The translations under genes and the position numbers were made by a program. DNA of 58,051 nucleotides from an uncultured bacterium (lineage in GTDB: Bacteria > Eisenbacteria > RBG-16-71-46): positions 1 through 58,051 of the forward strand of contig CAZYQK010000001.1 in the NCBI GenBank assembly GCA_964650245.1, read 5' to 3'. This document shows, piece by piece, positions 36,077 to 43,555 of this stretch (position 1 is the stretch's first letter; the number at the start of each line of letters is the position of its first letter). The notes below the pieces were generated by a model. That model saw nothing but the letters and a program-made list of their open reading frames with translations. It was not told the origin of the DNA and made no database searches.

Positions 36077-36253
36077 CGCTCGCGCGAGTGCGGAGCGGCC
36101 CGATCGGGAGTATCGTGCACGGAGGGTCGCGCCAGCGGGCAGGCAGCAGGGCGCGCCCCTCGCATCTCACCCGTCACGAAACGGCCACCCGGCCAAGCGC
36201 ACCGCAGTCCGTCCCCGGCGCGCCTCCCCCGACCTTCGTTCCGGAACCTCTTC

Positions 36254-37693
36254 ATGAACGCACACACGCCGCCCGCCATTATCCAGGGCGGGATGGGCAT
36301 CGGAGTCTCGGACTGGAAGCTGGCCCGCGCGGTGTCGCTGTGCGGCCAGCTGGGCGTGGTGTCGGGCACGGCGATCGACAGCGTGCTCGCACGCCGGCTG
36401 CAGGACGGCGACCACGGCGGCCACATGCGCCGCGCCATGGAGCACTTCCCGCTGCCCCAGGCCGCGGCCGAGATGCTGCGCCACCACTTTAGGCCCGGCG
36501 GACGCGCGCCCGGCGCGCCTTACTCCCTGCTCCCGATGTACCAGCAGGTGGTCGAGCGCGCTCGCCAGCAGAGCACTATGCTGGCCTCGTTCGTCGAGGT
36601 CCATCTCGCGAAGCACGGGCACAAGGAACCGGTCGGCATCAACCTGCTCACCAAGGTGCAGATGCCGAACCTCGCGTTGCTCTACGGCGCGATGCTGGCC
36701 GGGGTGGACTACGTGCTCATGGGCGCGGGCATCCCGCGCGAGATCCCGGGCGCGCTCGACGCGCTCGCCGAGCACCGGCCCGCCTCGCTCCGGCTCGAGG
36801 TCGAGAGCGACTCGGCCGGACCCCCGGAGCATCTGACGCTCGACCCCGGCGAGCACTTCGAGAGGAAGCCCGCCGCGCTCCGGCGCCCACGCTTCCTCCC
36901 CATCATCGCCAGCAACTCGCTCGCGACCCTGCTCGCGCGCAAGGGCTCGGGACGCATCGACGGCTTCGTCATCGAGGGCCCGACCGCGGGCGGGCACAAC
37001 GCACCGCCGCGCGGCGAGACCCGGCTCAACGAGCGCGGCGAGCCGCTCTACGGCGAGCGCGACGTGGTCAACCTGCCGAGGATCCGCGAGCTCGGCCTGC
37101 CGTTCTGGCTCGCGGGCGGTGCGGGCTGCCCGGCGCGCTACCGCGCGGCGCGCGAGGCGGGCGCGGCGGGCGTCCAGGTGGGCACACTGTTCGCCTACTG
37201 CGAGGAGTCGGGGATCACCGAGCTGCTCAAGCGCTCGGTGCTCGAGCACGCCGCGCGCGGCGAAGTGGACGTGCGCACCGACGCCGTCGCGTCCCCCACC
37301 GGCTACCCGTTCAAGGTGGTCCAGCGGCCGGGCGATCAGGCGCAGGGCAAGCAGCGCGCGCGTGTGTGCGACCTCGGTTACTTGCGCACCGCCTATCGCC
37401 GGCCCGACGGCCGCATCGGCTACCGCTGCCCGAGTGAGCCGGTCGACCAGTACGTGCAGAAGGGCGGCGAGCAGCGCCACACCGACGGCCGGCGCTGCCT
37501 GTGCAACGCGCTGTTTGCGAACATCGGCCTCGCCCAGCCGCGCGCGGGGGGTGGCGTCGAACCGCCCCTGCTCACGAGCGGGGACGACCTCAGGTCAATC
37601 GGGACGTTCCTCGCGGGCCGCACGCGTTACACCGCGGCCGACGTGGTGCGCTACCTGCTCGGCGACACGCCCGCGCTCGCGCCCGGGGTCTGA
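36254..37693 (+). CDS. Nitronate monooxygenase (NMO/2-nitropropane dioxygenase) family FMN oxidoreductase, long form
   Basis: Contains IIQGGMGIGVSDWKLARAVS, FVIEGPTAGGHN and LAGGAG. Confidence 0.85.
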   Translation: MNAHTPPAIIQGGMGIGVSDWKLARAVSLCGQLGVVSGTAIDSVLARRLQDGDHGGHMRRAMEHFPLPQAAAEMLRHHFRPGGRAPGAPYSLLPMYQQVVERARQQSTMLASFVEVHLAKHGHKEPVGINLLTKVQMPNLALLYGAMLAGVDYVLMGAGIPREIPGALDALAEHRPASLRLEVESDSAGPPEHLTLDPGEHFERKPAALRRPRFLPIIASNSLATLLARKGSGRIDGFVIEGPTAGGHNAPPRGETRLNERGEPLYGERDVVNLPRIRELGLPFWLAGGAGCPARYRAAREAGAAGVQVGTLFAYCEESGITELLKRSVLEHAARGEVDVRTDAVASPTGYPFKVVQRPGDQAQGKQRARVCDLGYLRTAYRRPDGRIGYRCPSEPVDQYVQKGGEQRHTDGRRCLCNALFANIGLAQPRAGGGVEPPLLTSGDDLRSIGTFLAGRTRYTAADVVRYLLGDTPALAPGV

Positions 37694-37736
37694 GCGTCGA
37701 GCATCCGGCCGAGGCCGCGCAGCTCGCGCGAGATAT

Positions 37737-37943
37737 GGGCTCAGGCTTCACGGTGAAGACGGAGTCCCAGATCGTGCCGTGGGTGATCGCCACCATTCGC
37801 ACGCGCTCGTACGCGACGAACTCGGTGATTTCGAAATCGTTGGCCTGCTCTTTTCCATTCATGAGCCGCGTCTCGCGGGACCGCGCGCCGACGGACTGCC
37901 CCGCCACCATCCCGCCGCTCCACGCCCACCGTGAAGTTGAATC
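37737..37943 (-). pseudogene. Central fragment of an SRPBCC (polyketide cyclase/START-like) gene
   Basis: ...RWAWSGGMVAGQSVGARSRETRLMNGKEQANDFEITEFVAYERVRMVAITHGTIWDSVFTVKPE fits the SRPBCC middle region. The frame opens just after a stop inside C-tract 2 and then runs into the NMO 3' end without a plausible C-terminus. Confidence 0.35.
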
Positions 37944-37967
37944 CTACCCCCTCCCCCCTACCTCCTC
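37943..37967. repeat. C-rich tract 2
   Basis: cctaccccctcccccctacctcctc spans the stop codon of the GT28-like gene and the 5' break of the SRPBCC fragment. The minus strand reads GGAGGTAGGGGGGAGGGGGTAGG. Confidence 0.6.
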
Positions 37968-39292
37968 AGCGGGTGCGTCTCCCGCGCCATCGTCCCGGTC
38001 TCCAGCACCTCCTCGATCTTGAGCACCCCGAGCTTGCGGCACTTGATGAACCCGCTAAGCGCCCTTTCCGCGAATACGCCGTCCTTGAGCATGTCCGTCA
38101 GCCACTCGAGCGCGAGCCTCGGCGTGTATTGCGGCAGCGCACAGCCCTTGTCCACCAGCCATCGCTGGTTCTTGTTCTCCTGCGAGCCGATCGGGGGCGC
38201 CATCACGATCGGGATCCCCAACGCCGAGTAGAACGACAACTCGCTCGGCTTGGTCCACAGGATGTCGGTCTCCCGCATCAGCGCGTTGAACCGATCGAAA
38301 TAGGCGGGCTTGCTGTCTTCGCGCACGATCAGGACGCCCTCACCGAAAGCGGTCTGGAGGCCGATCCGGGAGACGAATTCCCGGAACACCTTCTCGACGA
38401 CACGATTCACTCCTGCCACGAGGATCAGCCGGAAACGGCGGTCGAGGATGCCCTGCTTGAGGGCCTGAGCCAGCATCAGCCCGATCTCGGTTTGCGCCCC
38501 TGCCCCGCCGACCGCGAAGGTCACGGTCACCCGCTCCGAGCCGCCCGAGGGTTCGGGCGTAGAGCCCAGCAGCTCCCGCACCGTCGCTCCGTAGACGGTC
38601 GTGAACCGCCCGTGAGGATCGAGTCTCCCGAGCCGTGCCAGCAGATCCGCCTTCAGGGTCTCCATCCCGGGTCCGCCGACGTTCTCCCGCGGCAGCGTGA
38701 AACCGGTGATGAAGATGCGCTCGTCGGGAACGCCGTACTGCAGCAGGCGCCGCATGACACGCCCGCACGGCGCGAAATACTTGATCCGGCTCTCCTTCGC
38801 CTTCGAGGCCACCCACACGCGATTCAGATCGGCGTCGCAGATGACACAGTAGACCTCGCCGTCATGCGCACGGTCGGCGACCAGGGCGGGGGCGTAGAAG
38901 GTCGAGATCATCGGCATGCTGCGGGATCGTAGCTTCTCGAGCAGCGACCGGCCGAGGCCCTGCCGGATCAGGTGGTCGACGAGGTAGTTGTTGGGCGAGG
39001 GATGCGAGAGGTCGCGCAACGGATAGAACGGCGGGATGTGGAGCAGGCTGTCGAGCGCGCCGAACAGCGCGCCGCCCACGATCGGGATGCCCCTGGTGCG
39101 CGAGAGGAATTCGTACGACCACGTCAGCCGGCGCCAGAAGCGGGCCTCTTCCTCGTCCGTGGCTTCGGGGCTGCCGGCGGTGAGGATGCCGCCCTCCGCC
39201 AGATAGGCCAGGGCGTGCGCCGCCCGCTGGTGCCCGAATCCCATGTCGGCCGTGGTGACCCACGCGCGAAGTCGCTCGAGTCCCGTCGTCAT
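37958..39292 (-). CDS. GT-B glycosyltransferase resembling MGDG synthase/UgtP (GT28-like)
   Basis: TTADMGFGHQRAAHAL parallels the GxGH motif. Also present are VICDADLNRVWV, ITGFTLPRE, FAVGGAGAQ and TDILWTKPSELSFYSALGIPIVMAPPIGSQENKNQRWL, the last paralleling ITKPGG...PGQE..N. GC is visibly lower than in neighbouring genes. Confidence 0.78.
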   Translation of the reverse strand: MTTGLERLRAWVTTADMGFGHQRAAHALAYLAEGGILTAGSPEATDEEEARFWRRLTWSYEFLSRTRGIPIVGGALFGALDSLLHIPPFYPLRDLSHPSPNNYLVDHLIRQGLGRSLLEKLRSRSMPMISTFYAPALVADRAHDGEVYCVICDADLNRVWVASKAKESRIKYFAPCGRVMRRLLQYGVPDERIFITGFTLPRENVGGPGMETLKADLLARLGRLDPHGRFTTVYGATVRELLGSTPEPSGGSERVTVTFAVGGAGAQTEIGLMLAQALKQGILDRRFRLILVAGVNRVVEKVFREFVSRIGLQTAFGEGVLIVREDSKPAYFDRFNALMRETDILWTKPSELSFYSALGIPIVMAPPIGSQENKNQRWLVDKGCALPQYTPRLALEWLTDMLKDGVFAERALSGFIKCRKLGVLKIEEVLETGTMARETHPLRR

Positions 39293-39360
39293 GGCGCGGC
39301 CTCCTGCCCGCTTCCGTCCCTGGTCGAAGGACCGTGCCTCCGATCCGAGCGCACCGGAGT

Positions 39361-39597
39361 CTATACGCTCAGCATACGCTGGCTCCAGCCGGCGCCCCTG
39401 CGGCTCGCCCGGCGGCCGAGCCGCTCGACCACGATAGTCTTCACCGTTCCTTCGAATGAATCGAGAAACGCCCCGAGCCGGAGCTGAGACGGATGGCTCG
39501 CATGATCCCAGCTCGCCAGGCGCGGCTGCATCGGGAGTCCGACCTTCTTCGACTCCGGCGCGCGGAACTGCTGGAAGCGATCTTGTGGCGAAGACAT
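39361..39597 (-). CDS. Possible 78-aa hypothetical protein downstream of abiEii
   Basis: GAAGGGGG lies about 5 nt before the ATG at 39597, directly after the abiEii stop. It is the in-frame subset of listed ORF 39361..39825. I recognise no motif. Confidence 0.3.
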   Translation of the reverse strand: MSSPQDRFQQFRAPESKKVGLPMQPRLASWDHASHPSQLRLGAFLDSFEGTVKTIVVERLGRRASRRGAGWSQRMLSV

Positions 39598-39616
39598 GGG
39601 GACCCCCTTCGTCAGA

Positions 39617-40648
39617 TCATCCGTTCGTCCGGAGGGCAGGGAGTTGATTGATCCGCTGCTCGAGCAGCCGCATCGCCACCGTGATCGTCGCAAATGTCGG
39701 CGGCTCTCCGAAGAAAATTGCCTCCCGCAAGGCGTCGTAGTCTGCTTCCCACGCCCGCATTCTCTCCTCCGCCGGGACCAACCGTACCGAGCCGATGAGC
39801 AACTCCAGTTGTGCGGGCCCACCAAGACGGAAGAACGATCGCCGGTGCTCTACGACGCGTTCAAAGAGCCCGGGGGCCGCGAGCGCGCGGTCCGCTACGC
39901 CCTTCTGATCCAGGCACCAGATGTCATAGTAGTGCCGCGACAGTCGCGCGCGCGGCTCCGTCGTGCGGTAGGTCTCTTCGTGCAGGAGTGAGACCTTCTC
40001 CCAGAACGTGCGCTCTGCCGCGACAGCCCTGACCTCGAACGAGCATTCACCCAGGTCGTGGCCTGAGACACTTGCGAGGTAAGGCTTCACGATGGGGCGT
40101 TGATTGGGTTCGACATCTGACCGAGCCCCGAGTTCGATTTTGACCACGGGTCGCATGTAGGCATGGGTCTCGAAGACGGGCTCATACGAGAAGAGAATCG
40201 CTTGCTGGTCGGGGTCGTCCGGGTCGAGGACGAGTGCACCAGCCCGATCCTCTCCGATCCGAGCGCTCACTTCGGCGCGCAAGGATGGGAGCAGCGACTC
40301 ACCAATGTACCGCCGACAGGCTGCCACGAGATTGTCGACCCGGCGATCACGCTCTCTCCTGCCCGGCGCCGCCTCCGGCGATGCGTTGCCGCCGAACCCG
40401 AGGAAGCTTCGATCCACGACGAGATCGATGTCTTCCGAAAACCGTTCGATGATGCCCCAGCACTTCGACAGTGAGGTGCCGCCCTTGAATGCCAGATGCG
40501 GCCCCACATCCAGCCTGAACAACTCGCGCAGAATCCAGCACACCCAGAAGTCCTTCTCAACCGCGCCCGGAGCAATGCCGAGCTGGTCACCGGCCTGCTC
40601 ACAAAGCACGGAGCGCTGGCTCCGCGACTTGGCGAGGAAGGCATCCAT
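39617..40648 (-). CDS. abiEii: AbiEii/AbiGii-family nucleotidyltransferase toxin (DUF1814)
   Basis: VEKDFWVCWILRELF, LAFKGGTSLSKCWGIIERFSEDIDL and KIELGARSD are hallmark motifs of this family. Confidence 0.9.
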   Translation of the reverse strand: MDAFLAKSRSQRSVLCEQAGDQLGIAPGAVEKDFWVCWILRELFRLDVGPHLAFKGGTSLSKCWGIIERFSEDIDLVVDRSFLGFGGNASPEAAPGRRERDRRVDNLVAACRRYIGESLLPSLRAEVSARIGEDRAGALVLDPDDPDQQAILFSYEPVFETHAYMRPVVKIELGARSDVEPNQRPIVKPYLASVSGHDLGECSFEVRAVAAERTFWEKVSLLHEETYRTTEPRARLSRHYYDIWCLDQKGVADRALAAPGLFERVVEHRRSFFRLGGPAQLELLIGSVRLVPAEERMRAWEADYDALREAIFFGEPPTFATITVAMRLLEQRINQLPALRTNG

Positions 40649-40651
40649 CGC

Positions 40652-41317
40652 TCAGTCCCGCTCTTCCCGCGCGACCTCACGAAGGATCTGCGCGATCCAG
40701 GCGGGCGCGTAGCGCGTCGAGCGCAGCAGGTCCTTCCGATCACGCGGCCCGAGCTGTCGGCGGAGCTTCAGAACGATCGCCCGGTCGATGTTCTTCTTTC
40801 CCAGCCACCGCAGCGCCTGGATGATCGTGCCGCTCTTGCGGCCAGCGGTCGCCATCTGCCGCGGCGGCGTGTGCCGCAGGACGATTTTGCGTCGGCCGAC
40901 CGACACGGTGCGGCCCCGGCCGTCGGTCAGGAACACCATGCGCACGGGAACCTGCTCGGACAGCCCCAGCAGGTTGGCGGCATGGGCGCCCGAGGGCTGC
41001 ACGCGTATCGCATCTCGGCCGACGATCGCGCGGATGACGGCGTCGGTCGTCGGCATGAGCGGGGCCCCGCTCTCGTCGCGCCTCGGGTCGTCGTACAGGC
41101 CGCGCGCGAGCTTGCGGATTCGACCGGCGCGAACCGCGCGGGCCAGCGCCTTGTCAATGGCCGCTCGACCACCCAGGTCGAGGAACTCTCCGGGGGTGAA
41201 CACCCTCCCTAACCCACTCCCCCCACCCCCCATACCCCTCCTACCCCCCCTACCCCCGTAGATCCTCGCAAGCACCTTGGCATCAAGCGATTGGCTTCTT
41301 CTCGTGCGCTTATTCAT
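40652..41317 (-). CDS. abiEi: AbiEi-like antitoxin/transcriptional regulator (DUF6088-like) with an in-frame Gly-rich insertion
   Basis: VLARIYG[GRGGRRGMGGGGSGL]GRVFTPGEFLDLGGRAAIDKALARAVRAGRIRKLARGLYD fits the N-terminus of this family apart from the bracketed insert. It lies 3 nt upstream of abiEii. Alternative starts are 41335 (ATG) and 41347 (TTG). Confidence 0.85.
   Translation of the reverse strand: MNKRTRRSQSLDAKVLARIYGGRGGRRGMGGGGSGLGRVFTPGEFLDLGGRAAIDKALARAVRAGRIRKLARGLYDDPRRDESGAPLMPTTDAVIRAIVGRDAIRVQPSGAHAANLLGLSEQVPVRMVFLTDGRGRTVSVGRRKIVLRHTPPRQMATAGRKSGTIIQALRWLGKKNIDRAIVLKLRRQLGPRDRKDLLRSTRYAPAWIAQILREVAREERD
41201..41257. repeat. C-rich tract 3 (strongly G-quadruplex-prone on the coding minus strand), inside abiEi
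   Basis: The minus strand reads GGGGGTAGGGGGGGTAGGAGGGGTATGGGGGGTGGGGGGAGTGGGTTAGGGAGGG, with runs of G5, G7, G4, G6, G6 and three G3. Confidence 0.7.
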
Positions 41318-41345
41318 GTCCGAAAAACATGCCATCTTTTCGGAC
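41318..41345 (-). promoter_or_regulatory. Perfect 9-bp inverted repeat abutting the abiEi ATG (candidate operator, or hairpin terminating the upstream gene)
   Basis: The minus strand reads GTCCGAAAA-gatggcatgt-TTTTCGGAC, followed immediately by ATGAATAAG. Confidence 0.4.
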
Positions 41346-41374
41346 AATAAGGCAAGCGGAAAAGCGGCCCGGGC

Positions 41375-42697
41375 TCAAGATCCGCTACCGGTAGCCCCCC
41401 TTCCCGCCACCGTCCCGCTCGACCACGCCCACTGGAAGTTGAACCCCCCGAGCCTCCCTTCAACGTCGAGGATCTCCCCGCAGAGATAGACCCCCGCCGC
41501 CTTCCGCGATTCGAGCGCGCTTGGATCCACCTCTGAAAGCTCGACGCCGCCCGCGGTCACCTCGGCCTTCTCGTAGCCGAGTGTCCCGGTCACCGGCAGC
41601 GTCCGCGCGACCACACGTTGAATCAGCGCCACGCGCCGCTCGCGCTTGACCTGTGCCAGCGCCGTGCCGGGTTCGACCTCTGCCTCGGCGCAAAGTGCGA
41701 CGACGAGGCGGTCGGGTAGCGCGCGACCGAGATGACGCCGCACGCTGGCGCGAGGCTCCGCAGCCGCCGCCTCGAGCCATGCTCGCTCCAGGCTCGCCTC
41801 GGTCTCATCCGGCAAAAAGCTCGCGAGCACCTCGCGCGCGCCCTCGCCCTCCGCGCGATGCCAGTGCCGCGAGAGGTCGAGCGCGGCCGGGCCCGTGTAG
41901 CCGAAGTGCGCGAACAGCATCGAGCCATGGGTCCGCGCGACCCGCTTCCCTCCCACGCGCAGGGTGAGCGCGGCTTCGAGCGTGATGCCCTGCGCGATCG
42001 CGCACAGCGGATCGCTTGCGGTGAGCGGGGTGAGTGCCGGGACCGGCGGCACCAGCGTGTGTCCGAGCGAGGCCGCGAGCGCGTACCCCACACCGTCGCT
42101 TCCGGTGCGCGGGAACGAGAGCCCGCCGGTGGCGAGCACTACGGCATCGGCCGCCAGCCATTCGTCGGGCTCGACCGCGGGCGCCAGCCAGCGCGTCTGC
42201 CCGACCGCGGCGACGCCGGCGCCGAACGCCGCGCTCTCCACTACGCGTTGGATCCCGAGCCGCCAGCCCGGCGTCGCTTCCGCACCGCGCTCGATCCGCA
42301 CCGCGCGCGCGCCGCACTCGATCGCGACCCCCGCGCGCTGGCAGGCGCCGACCAGCGCGTCGAGCACGGTCTGCGCGTTATCCGTCACCGGAAAGTATTT
42401 CCCGGTGGGCTCGAGCTTGAGTTCCACTCCGAGCGCTTCGAGCCAGGCGCGTGCCGCTTCGGCAGGAAACGCGGCGAGAACGCGCCGCACGAAGGCGCGC
42501 GAGCCGCCGTGATAGTCGCGCTCGTCCACCGTCGCGTGCGTGACGTTGCAGCGCGTCCCGCCCGACATCAGGATCTTGAGCCCGATCTTTGGGTGCGCGT
42601 TGAGCAGCGTGACGCGCGCCCCGGCTTCGGCGGCGCGCAGCGCGGCGGTGAGGCCGGCGGCGCCGGCCCCGACGACGATCACGCTTCGCGCGCTCAA
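41375..42697 (-). CDS. NAD(P)/FAD-dependent oxidoreductase, HI0933/YhiN/BaiN family
   Basis: VIVVGAGAAGLTAAL (Rossmann motif), ILMSGGTRCNVTH, VLATGGLSFPRTGSDG and LCGEILDVEGRLGGFNFQWAWSSG. The TTG start at 42697 overlaps the upstream stop; alternatives are GTG at 42712 or 42682. Confidence 0.87.
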   Translation of the reverse strand: MSARSVIVVGAGAAGLTAALRAAEAGARVTLLNAHPKIGLKILMSGGTRCNVTHATVDERDYHGGSRAFVRRVLAAFPAEAARAWLEALGVELKLEPTGKYFPVTDNAQTVLDALVGACQRAGVAIECGARAVRIERGAEATPGWRLGIQRVVESAAFGAGVAAVGQTRWLAPAVEPDEWLAADAVVLATGGLSFPRTGSDGVGYALAASLGHTLVPPVPALTPLTASDPLCAIAQGITLEAALTLRVGGKRVARTHGSMLFAHFGYTGPAALDLSRHWHRAEGEGAREVLASFLPDETEASLERAWLEAAAAEPRASVRRHLGRALPDRLVVALCAEAEVEPGTALAQVKRERRVALIQRVVARTLPVTGTLGYEKAEVTAGGVELSEVDPSALESRKAAGVYLCGEILDVEGRLGGFNFQWAWSSGTVAGRGATGSGS

Positions 42698-43542
42698 CCG
42701 AGCGAAATGCACGCGCCCGCCGCGAGCGCGAGCACGAGTCCCCAGCGCTGCGCCGCGCTCCACCGCTCGCCCAGCGCGAAGCGCGCGAGCAACACCGTCG
42801 TCGCGGGCGCGAGCGAGACGATCGCGGAGACGAGCGCCATCGGCGCCCGCTGGACGGCGAAGAAGTAGGCGACGTTGGCCGCCGAGTCGAGCGCGCCGGT
42901 GGTCACGGTGATGAGGCGCGCGCTCGGAGGCGGGCGGAGCGGGATTCGCATCGCGAGCAGCACGCCGAGCAGCAGGGCGATCGCGACCACCCGCGCGACG
43001 GCGAGCGGCAGGAGCCCGGCGCCGGGGCCGATGCGGGCGATGAAGACCAGGAACCATCCGACCACGAGACCGGTGCCGATCGAGACCAGCACGGTCTTCC
43101 GCACGTGTGCGGGCGAGTGCTGGCCCTCTCCGGAGCGGGTCCACGAGAGCGGCGGGATGGCGATCACGGCGAGCGCGACGCCGGACCAGGCGAGGGCCGA
43201 GGGCCGCTCGCCGAGTCCGAAGCCGACCACGACCGGAATGCTCAGCCCCACCAGGGAGAAGATGGGTGACGCCACACTCACGGGCCCGAGCGCCAGGGAG
43301 TAGTAGATGAGAGAGGCGCCCGCGGCGCCGCACGCGCCGGCGGCGGCGCCCCACGCGAAGTCGGCCGCGGTCGGCGCGCCGCGCGCGAACGGAAGCCCCA
43401 GGAGCAGTACCGCGAGCGCCGCGAAGCCCGAGAACCAGGCGACGAGCGGGGCCGGTGCCCGCTTCGCGGCGATCCCGCCCGAGAAATCGCCGGATCCGTA
43501 GAGCACCGAAGAGAGCGCGGCCAGGGGGTAGGCCGGGTTCAT
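42694..43542 (-). CDS. EamA/DMT-family transporter
   Basis: The ATG at 43542 begins about 10 TM segments with duplicated EamA-like halves. The upstream part of listed ORF 42694..44118 is shadow. Confidence 0.82.
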   Translation of the reverse strand: MNPAYPLAALSSVLYGSGDFSGGIAAKRAPAPLVAWFSGFAALAVLLLGLPFARGAPTAADFAWGAAAGACGAAGASLIYYSLALGPVSVASPIFSLVGLSIPVVVGFGLGERPSALAWSGVALAVIAIPPLSWTRSGEGQHSPAHVRKTVLVSIGTGLVVGWFLVFIARIGPGAGLLPLAVARVVAIALLLGVLLAMRIPLRPPPSARLITVTTGALDSAANVAYFFAVQRAPMALVSAIVSLAPATTVLLARFALGERWSAAQRWGLVLALAAGACISLG

Positions 43543-43555
43543 TTCGGCCGCCCCC

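Noticed and set aside
36167-37480. 437-aa minus-strand ORF antisense to the NMO gene
   Set aside because: Shadow ORF; the + strand frame contains the NMO FMN-binding motifs.
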